Notes: generated from the sequence alone by a model not told the origin. A stretch of DNA of 64,000 bases from Octopus sinensis (GCF_006345805.1 NC_042998.1:97712001-97776000); one strand, 5' to 3'; counted from the first letter of the stretch, positions 24,280 through 36,108 are shown. Made by a program: numbers and translations.

Positions 24280-24433
24280 GACTGTGTGATAAGAAGCTTG
24301 CTTCCCAACCACATGGTTCCAGGTTCAGTCCCACTGTGTGACACTTTGGGCAAGTATCTTCTACTATAGTGTTGGGCCGACCAAAGCCTTGTGAGTGGAT
24401 TTGGTAGATGGAAAGTGAAAGAAGCTTGTTGTG

Positions 24434-24477
<44 letters not shown>

Positions 24478-24692
24478 CGTATGTATATATTCATGTGTGT
24501 GTGTTTGTCACCCCACCTTCGCTTGACAACTGATGCTGGTGTTTTTATGTCCCCTCTAACGTAGCAGTTTGGCAAAAGAGACTGACAGAATAAGTACTAG
24601 GCCGACAAAGAATAAGTCCTGAGGCCAATTTGTTCAACTAAAGGTGGTGCTCCAGCATAGCCACAGTCAAATGACTGAAACAAGTAAAAAAA
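24280..24692 (+). mobile_element. SINE family A, full length
   Basis: 'aagaagcttgcttcccaaccacatggttccaggttcagtccc' through 'aaatgactgaaacaagtaaaa'. Confidence 0.9.
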
Positions 24693-24842
24693 AATATATA
24701 TACCACACTTTTCATGAGGGCTCAAAGCATCTCAAGAGAAAATTTAGGGACACATTCCACCCATCTCTAGTATTGTTGCTCAATACAGGGAAGGCTTTAC
24801 TGGCCATTTTATCAAGCTGACTGCCAGATCAAATCTTTTATT

Positions 24843-25081
24843 TTTTACTTGTTTCAGTCATTGGATTGTAGCCATTCTGAGGTACTTCTTTCAAGAGTTT
24901 TGACTGAACAAATCACTCCTCAATACTCATTTTTGAGTCTGATACTTATTGTATTATATTCTTATGCCAAACTTCTAAAGTTACAGGGAAGCAAACAAAC
25001 CAACTGTGAGGAGTTGGTTTGCAGTCATGCAATGGAGAAGAGACTAACACAAATACTAAGACACACACACGTGCACACACA

Positions 25082-25122
<41 letters not shown>

Positions 25123-25222
25123 ACAGGCTTTAACACAGTTTCCATCTACCAAATTCTATAGAAAACTCTTGCCCAAAGTGCCATGCAGTGGGACTGAACC
25201 TGAAACCATACAGCCATGCCTT
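24843..25222 (-). mobile_element. SINE family A, old copy
   Basis: Reverse tail, body and head. Confidence 0.7.
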
Positions 25223-25499
25223 CACCTAAAATTATCAGAAATTATAGTTTGAAAACTTATGTATTCCAATGGAAAGATGAGGACCAGTCAACTTATATGA
25301 TGTTATAAAGAGACACACAAACACAACATGAAATTGAGGACCTACACCAAAAGAGATTCTTAGGATGGCATGGTGAAATGCATCTAAGATGTTGTTTGAA
25401 GAAGATATCTGGTTCACAATCTGAGAAGGCTAGTTAGATTAGGCAATGGTGATCACATACATTTCATCATCATCATCATCATTTAATATTACTTTTCTA

Positions 25500-25905
25500 T
25501 AAGGTGGCAAGCTGGCAGAAATTTTAGCATGCTGGGCCAAATGCTTAACAGTATTTCATCTGCTGCTACATTCTGAGTTCAAATTCTGCCAAGGTCGACT
25601 TTGCCTTTCATCCTTTCGGGGTTGATTAAATAAGTACCAGTTACACTCTGGGGTCGATATAATCGACTTAATCCATTGGTCTGTCCTTGTTTGTCCCCTC
25701 TGTGTAGCCCCTTGTGGGCAGTAAAGAAATAAGTATTTCGTCTGTCTTTACGTTCTGAGTTCAAATTCCGCCGAGGTCGACTTTGCATTTCATCCTTTCG
25801 GGGTTGATAAATTAAGTATCAGTTGCATACTGGGATCGATCTAGTTGACTGGCCCCCTTCCCCAAAATTTCAGGCCTTGTGCCTAGAGTAGAAAAGAATA
25901 TTATT
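25500..25905 (+). mobile_element. Two tandem SINE family B copies
   Basis: 'ggtggcaagctggcagaaattttagcatgctgggcc...ttctgagttcaaattctgccaaggtcgactttgcc' with the core repeated at 25735-25900. Confidence 0.9.
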
Positions 25906-25919
25906 TTTCTATGCATACA

Positions 25920-26230
25920 TAAAGGCACACGGCTCAATGGTTACAGTATTCAGCTCATGAATCATAAGGTCATGAGTTCAATTCCCAGCAGCACATTGTG
26001 TCCTTGAGCAAGACATTTTATTTCATGTTGCTCCAGTTCACTCAACTGGCAAAAATGGGTAGTACCTGTATTTCAAAAGGTACTTGTTACATTCTGTGTT
26101 ATGTTGAATCTCCCTAAAAGCTATGTTAAGAGTACACGCGTCTGTGGAATGCTCAGCCACTTGCACAGTTTTCCTGATCATCAGCAGGCTGATTGGACCA
26201 ACTGGAACCCTTGTCGTCATAAGTGATGGA
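25920..26230 (+). mobile_element. SINE family C
   Basis: 'ggctcaatggttacagtattcagctcatgaatcataaggtcatgagttcaattccc...cttgagcaagacattttatttcatgttgctccagttcactc'. Confidence 0.75.
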
Positions 26231-26599
26231 GTGTCAGTTATGCCATGCATGGGTGAGACAGAATTTGTTGAGACCAATTTTCAATGGGTGAATGTTCTTC
26301 CTGCTGCCAACCCTCACCTGTTTCTAAGCATGGTAGTATTTTCCCATAACCAGACATGTTTTCCATGAAAGACTGGAACTAAACAACCTTGAATTTATGA
26401 CAATGGTGCTCATTTACAACCATCACAAGAGGTCTAGACAAGAGTACACACTAACAGACACACATACTGATACCACATACTTAATGTATGTGTTGTTTAA
26501 ATGCCAGTTTAAATATGTGATATCAGTAATGTTTACATTATAAAGCTACTTCTATTGTATAATATGAATTTACATGTGTGTGTGTATGAATATATGTAT

Positions 26600-26762
26600 A
26601 TGATGGGCTTCTTTAAGTTTCCGTTTACCAAATCCACATGCACAACTTTGATTGGCCTGGGACTATGGTAGAAGACACTTACTTAGAGTATGACAGTAGG
26701 ACTGAACCCAAGACAATGTGGTTGGGAAGCAAGCTTTTTAACCATACAACCATGCTTGTTCC
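26600..26762 (-). mobile_element. SINE family A head
   Basis: 'ccgtttaccaaatcc...gtagaagacactt...ggactgaacccaag'. Confidence 0.7.
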
Positions 26763-27039
26763 TATTTTCTTCTTTGGAATTTATTAGGCTCATAAGACAC
26801 TACATTTCAAAGTGGACTAGACAGCCATAAAGACTAGAGTTTCAAAAATCAACTAAATGGAACTAGTTAAGGGCTTCAGAAATGATTATTGGAAATCATT
26901 GATATTTACAGACAATGTAGCTGGAAAAATTTTTGATTCTCAACTGAATACTATATATTCAAATGCAAAAACCTATGTATGAACTCTGGTGCAGTGAAGT
27001 TTAGTAATAATATTTTAAATATCTTCTAAAGTGGTTGAC

Positions 27040-27190
27040 ATACACACTGTAAAGTGGTTGGCATTAGGAAGGGCATCCTGCTGCAGAAACGAAGCCAAAG
27101 CTGACATAGGCTCACTGGATCCTGCCAAATCATCCAACCCATGCCATCATAGAAAATAGAAGTTAGAGGATGATGATGATGATGATGTCA
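27040..27190 (+). mobile_element. RTE-type 3' tail
   Basis: 'cacactgtaaagtggttggcattaggaagggcatcc...gatgatgatgatg'. Confidence 0.75.
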
Positions 27191-27734
27191 AAATGTCGCT
27201 AGGACCATCAACAATGCAACAAATGTAAAAATCAGTTCATAATATTCACAAAATAGCAGAAGCATAAGTTTGAAAAGTAAATTGTATGCTAGGATTAATG
27301 AAGTAGGAAGAAAAATGTATAAAAAAAAAGTAAGTAGACTTCAAGACTGTTAAAATGTTTACTAGCGGAGGCTAGCTAATGCGATCAGCAAAACATTGGA
27401 TTAATTATCAGGAAAACATGAGATTAATAATGATTTTAGCACTTTGATCTCGTAGCAGATTGTATTTAAAAGCAAGGACAATGTTATACGTAGAAAATAA
27501 CAAGTATTGAAAACTAGCCAAGGTGGGGACCTCTATGTAGTCAGTTGCCTACTAGAAATAACAGCCAAATTACCCTCAAATCAAAACATCAATTGTTTTA
27601 AATAAGGGAAAATATATTGGATAATGTGGTCCCATATATACAAACTGGCCATAACTGGAATACCATTTAAATGCATTAGACTTACTTAATCATGGATGAT
27701 ATGGTGCTTAAACAGCAACATCAACCAACAAATA

Positions 27735-27950
27735 TTGGTTTCAAATTTTGGCACAAAGGTGGCAATTTCAAGAGAGGGGTAAGTTAATTACATCAACCCT
27801 AGTACTCAACTGGTATTTATTTTATCAATCCTGAAAAGATGAAAGACGAAGTCAACCTCGATGGAATTTGAACTCAGAATGTAGAGTTGGATGAAATGCT
27901 GCTAAGCATTTTGCCTCGCATGCTAACGATTTTACCAGCTTGCCACCTTA
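27735..27950 (-). mobile_element. SINE family B
   Basis: 'gtcaacctcgatggaatttgaactcagaatgtag...ccagcttgccacct'. Confidence 0.8.
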
Positions 27951-28322
27951 CAACCTAAAAATATTAAAATAATAAAGGATCTGATTATGGTCTTTGTTTT
28001 GTTTTGTTTTTTTATGATTGGCCACATAAAATATTATATAGTATCCATTTTGTTTGTCTGTTTGAATATGATTACAGATTCTGTCCATGTCCAGAGGTGA
28101 GATTTAAAATCCAATATAAGCCTTTTCTTAACTTTAAGATCTCCTAAAGCAGTGGTTATCAAACTGTATCTTGCAATGTACCCATCTGTTATGCCCATCA
28201 ATGCTGACATACTCATTGTGAAGAATATCATAAAATGGTTAGATATCATAAGATAGACAATAGCAGAGACCGTTGTAATAGTACAATAAAGCAGACAATG
28301 TATAATTTGTTGTTAATTATAT

Positions 28323-28552
28323 TTAGAAGGCAGTAAATTTGCAGAATCATTAGAGTATCAGGAAAATTGCTTAGCAGTAATTCTTCCAGCTCTTTACATT
28401 CCGAATTGTAATCCTTCTAAGGTCAACTTTGCCTTTCACCTTTTTGGGGTCAATAAAATAAAGTACCAGTCAAGTACTGAGGTAAATGTAATTGATTAAT
28501 AATCCCTTCTCAGAATTTATAGCCTTGTGTCTAAATCAGAAATTGTTATTAA
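28323..28552 (+). mobile_element. SINE family B, old
   Basis: 'aggtcaactttgcctttcacc...aagtaccagtcaagtactgagg'. Confidence 0.7.
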
Positions 28553-29499
28553 TCATATTTGAAAGTCAAGTTTTCCAAGTGACATATTTGACAAATTTTA
28601 TTGTATCTTGGGAAAATCATTGAGCTAATAATAAAACACACGTTAGTTCTATTTCACTTCTTATTTATTTCTCAATTGGTTAACTATTTAACTAATTAAC
28701 TAAAGAATTGTTTGATTAATTGTTCAGTCAATTAATCAACCTAATTGATGAAGAGCCTTCTCTACTACAAGGCTGCTTCAACTGAAATGTATTTAAAAAT
28801 TATTTTTATTCTTTATAACTATTATTTACTAAATCTGAGAATGCACAATTGAAAAGTAATCAGTTAAGTTTACTTAAAAATTCTAGTGTTTTTACAAACC
28901 TTGCACACCCCAGAAACAAACCAAAGCCAGATATCAAGTGTCAATATGGGTCCCAGGCTCAGGAGTGATGGAGTGTCATGATCTCAAGCACAAACCAAAA
29001 ATCTAAAGGGAAATATTCAATGCCATTCCCTGCATATCCGTTTTTATATCAGAATGATCTTCTCCAACAGACATACTTTAACACATGCATGCATGTATAC
29101 ATACAGACAGACATACATACATATTATTGGGGCCCTGGGATATGTAACACACTACCTAAATACCAATCTTGAGAAATTAGGCTTCTCAAAACCAGAAAGG
29201 AGAAAGCTAATTTGAAGACTACAAATCCAATCCATTACTGGAACTGTAAAAATCTGTAAAACTTTCCAGAAGTTTATCATTTAAATATATATGAGCATGT
29301 CTAGATATGCAACTATATGCATGAAAATACATAAAACATGCAAATCTGCACATACATACATATATGCATGCATGTATACATACATACATACATACATACA
29401 TACCCTGTTGTTGATGTTGAAATTCCAATGAAGGAACCTTGGATCTAGGTTAGAAACCAGTTCTTTCTCTATTGGTAAGAAATCTTGAAATAAACTGAA

Positions 29500-29816
29500 T
29501 AATGACATACATGAAAAAACATTCGAGTGAGGTCGTTGCCATTGCCGCTGGACTGGCTCCTGTGCAGGTGGCAAGTAAAAAACACCATTTGAGCATAGCC
29601 ATTACCAGTACTGCCTGACTTGCCCTCGTGCCGGTGGCACGTAAAAGCACCCACTACACTCTTGGAGTGGTTGGTGTTAGGAAGGGCATCCAGCTGTAGA
29701 AACTCTGCCAGATCAGATTGGAGCCTGGTGCAGTCATCTGGTTCACCAGTCCTCAGTCAAATCATTCAACCCATGCTAGCATGGAAAACGGATGTTAAAC
29801 GATGATGATGATGATA
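29500..29816 (+). mobile_element. RTE 3' UTR fragment (2-3 tandem units plus tail)
   Basis: 'gtgccggtggcacgtaaaagcacccactacactcttggagtggttggtgttaggaagggcatccagctgtagaaac...gatgatgatgat'. Confidence 0.85.
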
Positions 29817-30245
29817 TTTTCTTTTTTTATCAATAATTGGTAGAAGTTATAAATGTGAATCTAGGGTCAAGAGTTTTCTGTATTTATGAAACTTTCAGCC
29901 TTGAGTCACTTTGAACTCCTACTGATTAAAAATAATAAAAAAAAGATAAGTAAATCCATTAATAAGGATTCGATGGTACGATAGTTAACACAATATCCAG
30001 AAATCAGTTACGTTTCAGTTTATAACTATTCATAGCTGCTATTATTTAGATGTCTTAAACATGCTTGAAACCAATGTCCTAAACTACCATGTCTAAAATA
30101 AACCAACAAGAAAGCCTTTACTTGATTACTCAATCTGTTAGAAATAGCAGCCAATGTCCAGTTAACCCCACCATCTAGGCCCTAAGGTGTCCACACAGCT
30201 GCATGCAGTCAGGCCAGATGTTCAGTTTAGGGGTACCTTCCTCAC

Positions 30246-30312
30246 CCATTCTCACTAGTTGCAGAGGCTCTGCAAAGAGCTTTTCAGACTGCCATTTCTC
30301 CCGACTAAAAGA
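30246..30312 (-). other. Candidate spliced exon of an unidentified host gene
   Basis: T15-CAG acceptor and a GTGAGG donor (alternative GTGAGA donor giving 30256-30312). Open frame SFSREKWQSEKLFAEPLQLVRM. No homology recognised. Confidence 0.3.
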
Positions 30313-30759
30313 CTGAAAAAAAAAAAAAAATCAAAATATAAGACAAAGAAAAAGGAAACTTAAATTAAAACTCTATCTTTAAGTATAATCTGTTTTGGTA
30401 CAAAAACTAACAACTTGATCTCAACTTATCTTCCAAAAATATCCTTGTCTTTAAAGAATCATTTAACTACTTAGATTAAATATGTAACATGTTTATGCTA
30501 CTTCTTTAAAACCTAAATTCTAAAGACTCTAAAAGGAGTTCTATCTTCTAAATTTCAAGGTTTTTTCAGTTAATCAAAGTTTTCCGTGCTCTATAGTACA
30601 TGTCTGAAACTCTAACATATGCATATTTAGTTTGCACAATGCTTCCATCTTCTTTTTTTACTACAACATTTGTTTTTACTAAGTTTACTTTGAGCCCTAT
30701 CAATTCTGGATTTAGCTAATCTACCTGAAATTTCCTCTAACTTACGATCAGCCATTTTG

Positions 30760-30965
30760 GCAAAATGGCTGATCATTGGTAAGGAAAGACACACAAATAA
30801 GATGATGAGGTTACAGAAGTTTGACGAAAGAACTCTGATCGAAATAGGATTAATGTAAAAATTAAAATAAAGCTGAAACAAATTAACACCAAATATATAG
30901 TGCGTGTGTTTTTATTGGCTAAACTGGCAACATGATCATCCCTAAATACAATATATATATATATA
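30760..30965 (+). mobile_element. Solo PLE terminal-repeat fragment with degenerate hammerhead (30802-30840)
   Basis: Homologous to 54770-54990, which lies downstream of a PLE endonuclease. Confidence 0.75.
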
Positions 30966-31023
30966 TTTTTTTCTTTTAGTTTCAGCTCAGAGCTGTGGCC
31001 ATGCTGATACACTAGCGTTATTG

Positions 31024-31064
<41 letters not shown>

Positions 31065-31279
31065 GGGAATATAATTCCAAAACTTACAGGGAAAAATTCA
31101 ATTTAGCAATTTTAAATAAAATTTCACAATATATAATATATGAATATAATTTAGAGAAAAACCACTATTAAACAATTCAATAAAGAGAGATATTATTCAC
31201 ACCATATAGAAAACATATACTATTAAAAAAAAATTATTTTAAATCAATAAAGTACAATAAATAGTAAATAGTAGTAAAA

Positions 31280-31399
31280 AGACTATGCACGTTTCATGGC
31301 TATATTTTCAAATACATAATAATAATAAAATCAATTCAATTTAAAATTAAATCGAACTAAAATTAATTCCATTTAAAAATATAGTCACTCATCAGGTCT
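31280..31399 (-). ncRNA. Type I hammerhead motif with expanded stem II, degenerate stem III
   Basis: Minus strand: agac-CUGAUGA-gugacuauauuu...aaauauagccau-GAAAC-GUGC-AUA-gucu. Confidence 0.7.
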
Positions 31400-31645
31400 A
31401 AGATAATAAAATAATAAAAAATAATAAGAGAATAAATAATATTTATCTTAACTTATACTAATTATAAAATAAATATATTTAAAAAAATGTGTACTAACTA
31501 TAAATAATCGAAAGCATTTAACAATATTTCTTAAAATAAAAATATAACTTATCTTGTCAATAATTAATATAAGTACATCAATATGATATATAGTATATTA
31601 GTATAAGTTAAGTACATTTATTCTATTATTATTATTTATTATCTT

Positions 31646-31688
31646 AGACCTGATGAGTGACTATATTGCCATGAAACGTGTGTAGTCT
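31646..31688 (+). ncRNA. Minimal type I hammerhead ribozyme motif
   Basis: agac-CUGAUGA-gugac-uauauu-gccau-GAAAC-GUGU-GUA-gucu. Predicted cut after 31684. Confidence 0.8.
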
Positions 31689-31847
31689 TTATACTACTAT
31701 TTACTATTTATTGATTTAAAATAAGTTGTTTTTTATATTATATGTTTTCTATATGGTGTGAATAACATCTTTCTTTATTGAATTGTTTAATAGTGGTTTT
31801 TCTCTAAATTATATACATATACATATATGTGTGTGTGTGTGTGTGTG

Positions 31848-31902
<55 letters not shown>

Positions 31903-33025
31903 TGTGTGTGTGTGTGTGTAAAACCCAGTTGCTACTGCAAACTATAAAATAACTTTTTCCTGCCTATCGAACCTTCGATATGGGAAACATTTACAACTTC
32001 CTACTTCAATAAACCACCATTGTTCCTCAAAGTTGTTTTTTTTATACTTTCTACGAACTGCTCGAAGCTTACTAACTTCCTACACTTTGATTTTATCATT
32101 TCGTATTATACACACATACATACACGATCGGCCTCGGGTTACAACAAAAGATAATTATTCAAGGACAGACCCAAAATTTCGTGGTTGTAAAGTGAGCTTC
32201 TTAACACAGCCACGCCTAAGATTAAATTCAATAATAACAAATGAATAATGCTAACAAATGTCGTCACCTTGTTTTGCACCAAGGACACGTTTCATGAGAC
32301 AATTTTTTTCGCGGATTGGAGGATTACGCGCATAACAAAACACAGTGAAATTCTTAATATATAATTTTGTTATGGCATATACGATATTTATATACAATGG
32401 TAAAACAATCTGCAGACTGCGATAATCGATGAAATATAAATAAAATTTAAATATTCTTTTAGTGCAGCTCGGTACTGGTACTGTGTACCCGTAGATTGGG
32501 GGATCTTGGTCTATATATATTTACTGGCAAACCCGACACTATAATACAATCTGAATTTTTAGTTTGTTACAAATTATATTATAGATCCGCCAGTAAAACA
32601 GTCGTACCACATATATATCTAGCCGACTGTTTATTCTTTCAGTTGTAGTATTTACACTTTATAATATAATTTCCTACTACTTTCCCATTCAATATTCATA
32701 GTACATGCTTTTCAAGTTTAGCTTAGCTTTTTTGTTTTATTTTTATGTTTATTTTGGTTTACTCAAATTAAAAATGTAAATAGATTATTATTTTTGCAAT
32801 ACTTCATCGTTGGCTTTCTTCGAATTCTTAAGATATTATCAACATTTGGTAGTTATTATTCAAGTTAACCTTCCTGTTTCTAACTTTCAACACACGCGCG
32901 CAAACATATACACACATTCGAGGTAGTCAAGTAACTGACTTGTATCGTGTTCTGAAAATTTATTTTGTTTATTTGTTTTGCTGATTTTTTTTTACCCCAA
33001 CTCTTTCGCGCTTTGTACATATCAG

Positions 33026-33070
33026 ATGGCGGGAAAAGTTGAATACATTTGCACTGGAGTTAAACAAAAG
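33026..33070 (+). other. Candidate 45-nt exon (unidentified)
   Basis: Long pyrimidine tract plus CAG acceptor and AAG|GTAAAC donor. Two open frames (MAGKVEYICTGVKQK or WREKLNTFALELNK). Confidence 0.2.
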
Positions 33071-33321
33071 GTAAACCAACTGACCGGTAATAATCGGTAA
33101 TAATCTACGTTTTGTAAAATGCGTTTGATTATATATATATATATATATATATATTAAATTAGTAAACTGAAATATAATTCTACACTGCAGGATAGTAATG
33201 TCTAGTGCATCTGGACTTGCAACCAACTAATGCTATTTTGCACAGAAAATTTTTATGATGTATGTATGTATGTATGTATGTATGTATGTATGTATGTATG
33301 TATGTATGTATGTATGTATGT

Positions 33322-33361
<40 letters not shown>

Positions 33362-34206
33362 ATGTATACGCACGCACACATACATGTATGTTTATTATAT
33401 TTCATTTTTCTAATTAAAAGAAAGTTAAAATAAATCAAAAGCATTTTATATATCGATTACCAACCATCATTTTACCTTTTATTTTTCTTCAGTGCAGTTT
33501 GTTTCACTTTGCACGCCTTTTCTTTCTTTTTTTTTTTTTTGGCATTTTCTAACTGTTTACTTATGTAAATTTTGTTCTTTTTCACTGAATTATTATTGTA
33601 ATATTCTCAAATCTACCTTGATTAATGTTATTGAAAGAAAGAAAGAAAACATCCTCGTTAAAAGCCAAAACCCTGGCAAGCTCGCCAAAAATGTTATCTT
33701 GAGTCTCTCCTTGCCTGTGAAAAGGTTACTTTCAAGTTTTGTACTATGTAAACAGTTTCGTAGTATTCCAAACGAAGGTTATAGGAAATATTTTACTGTA
33801 GTAGCCTTATATGATAGTGAAACTGCATTGTTTACATTCGAGAGAGGTAATTGAGGGTCATCTTCAAACATTATAATTCCTAGACAAGTTAATGTTTGCA
33901 AATGTTGGCGGTACCAAAAACTGTTTACGTCACTAACAACTATTTTCATTCATGTTTTTAACCGTAAAGTTATTGCTATTCTCTTCAAGAGATACTCCAT
34001 AGTTTTCTAGAGTTGAATTCTTAGGATTTCTTAGACATAGGCGTGGCAGCGTGATGGAGAAATTTGCTTCGAAATCACATGGTTTCGGGTTCAGCCAAGG
34101 CATTCGGGCTGATAAATGTTGTGTGAGTGAATCTGCTTCGTGGAAGCCTGTCGCGCACGCGCACATAAATACACGCTCACACCTACAGATAAAACACACG
34201 CATATA

Positions 34207-34745
34207 CAAGGTATTCAGGCTAAATTGATATTTTAAGTCTTTTTTTTTTCAGGAACAGCTTGATGTTTTGGTGAATGGCGTTGGATAGCATAAAGATTAG
34301 AATTATTGTTGAGAAATAGTTAGCTGATATGGAGAACTGGGAACCATCTGAAAATTGGCTAAAGGCTAAACTATATTATGATAATTTGAGCCGGGTATCA
34401 AAATGCCGACATCATGACTGTTGCTACATGCTCTGTAAACACTGAAGATTGTAAGACGTGACATAGACAGCTGCAACGGAGACTACGTAGATGTGTCCAG
34501 CAGGAAAGGACACAGCAGACGTTCTGACTGTGTCCGTACGCTAGAATTCTTCCAACATCTTTGAACAGGGCCTTAGACTCAATTCAGGTGGCTATGTGAA
34601 CAGTTGGAGATTATAGTCAATCCATAGCTGGAGAGGGTTGCTGCGGCAGGATTCAGCTCCTTGCCATACCTCTGGAAAGAGTCAGAAGTGGCTGTCGGAG
34701 AATTCATTTGGCCCAGTATCTGGTCTATTTCCCCTATTGTAACCT
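34207..34745 (+). mobile_element. Internally deleted maT-type Tc1/mariner
   Basis: TA|caagg TIR-like start. RKGHSRRSDCVRT joined to QGLRLNS...QDSAPCHTSGKSQKWLSEN. Homologous to 59700-60545. Confidence 0.8.
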
Positions 34746-35034
34746 TGAACAAATATCATGTTCTCTGTACACTTCGGGTTGACTCATACCATTTGAGTGA
34801 GACTGAGTAGATGGGAATAATATAGAAACCTGTCGAGTGTGTTGTACAACCTTGTCAGTCACTGTATAATGCTGATTCATCAAAGGTACACACATCTGTG
34901 GAACGCTCAACTACTTATACGTAAATTCAGTTGATCGAACAAACGAAACCTCATCGTTAAACGACGGAGAACCACCACTACCACCACCACCACCAGAAAC
35001 AAATAACTTATACGCCAGACTCCCAACCTCTCCA

Positions 35035-35400
35035 AGAGAAAAGGCCATTGGAAGGTGGTTACAGCCCTTGGGTAGGATTTTCATTAGTTTAGTGAATAAA
35101 CACTTTACCCATATGAATAGGTTCAGTAAAATTTTTAATAGCTACAATATCAGAGTTTCCTTTAATTGCGCACCTAATATAAAAAGATATTGGTAAGCAG
35201 ACCCACACCAGAGATAGAGGCAGTATATTCATGTAGAAATAACACTACATGTCCTCCTAACAGCCACTGTAACACGGAAACTGTCATATATGAAGCAGAG
35301 GTAATATCAAAAAGTCTAAATATGCAACCAAACGTGAGGAAGTATGTGGGAGCGACAGATAGTCTCTTCAGAACCAGATTTCATAACCATAAGTCTTCTT
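35035..35400 (+). mobile_element. Naiad-like Penelope element fragment (linker plus GIY-YIG start)
   Basis: SCRNNTTCPPNSHCNTETVIYEA...KYVGATDSLFRTRFHNHKSS. Confidence 0.8.
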
Positions 35401-35434
35401 CCAATATTCTGGAGACAAAATGCCATAGTCCTGG

Positions 35435-35538
35435 CATATACGACAGGCTTCTTTCAGTTTCCATCTATCAAATCCACTCACAAGGCTTTGGTCAGCCTGA
35501 GGCTATTGTAGAAGACACTTGCCCAAGGTGCCACACAG
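35435..35538 (-). mobile_element. SINE family A fragment
   Basis: 'caggcttctttcagtttccatctatcaaatccactcacaaggctttggtcagcc...gaagacacttgcccaaggtgccac'. Confidence 0.8.
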
Positions 35539-35539
35539 A

Positions 35540-36108
35540 AATGGATTTGGAGGAGGAGGATATCACAGATTTGTTTGAAAAAGACAAACAGTCCCTGACG
35601 AACCGAGGATTTGATAGAGCTTCATGAGCAACAAAATCAAGTAGAGGATGTCAAATCTGAGCCACGTCATTTTATGATTAAGAAAATGCAGTAAGTATTT
35701 GCATATATAGAAAAAGGTCTTACTATGTTCGAGGATATGGATCCAAATGCTCAACGCTTTTCCAAGATTATGGGGGCTTGTCTTGAAGCTTTTGCTCCTT
35801 ATAATGTAACCCTTGAGGAAAAGAAGACAGTTCAAGGAACTCTCAACTGGTTTTAAAAGCGCATCGAACAAAGAACAGTCAGAGTCAGCTGTTGATGTTG
35901 ACGATCCATAGCCATCTACAACTGCGATGTAAACCACCAAATTGTATGTATATATGTATTAGTAAATTTAAAATAATTTTTTTTTTTTATTGCAAAATAA
36001 TAATAATTACTGAATTTGTTTTTTAAGCTTAAAAATGGCTGTTATTTTCTCCTGCTTATTGCAAACTGCATTCATAAATAAAGCGTCCGCGATGAACGGT
36101 AAACACTG
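35540..36108 (+). mobile_element. Tigger/pogo transposon 3' fragment
   Basis: DKQSLTNEDLIELHEQ...EKGLTMFEDMDPNAQRFSK...TVQGTLNWF resembles the Tigger1 transposase C-terminus. TIR-like '...cgcgatgaacggtaaacactg'. Confidence 0.7.

Noticed and set aside
28078-28096. 19-nt AG...GTGAGA micro-exon
   Set aside because: Too short to distinguish from chance without transcript data
30256-30312. Walker A-like LLVGRNGSLKSS
   Set aside because: The invariant Gly before Lys is Leu, so it is not a valid P-loop
32250-32300. Minus-strand GAAAC-GU-GUC-hairpin-UGACGA hammerhead-like string
   Set aside because: C3 is missing and stem II cannot form
33484-33516. Minus-strand GAAAC...CUGAAGA in permuted order
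   Set aside because: No NUH site, no stem II or III. The 4-bp stem is a chance palindrome
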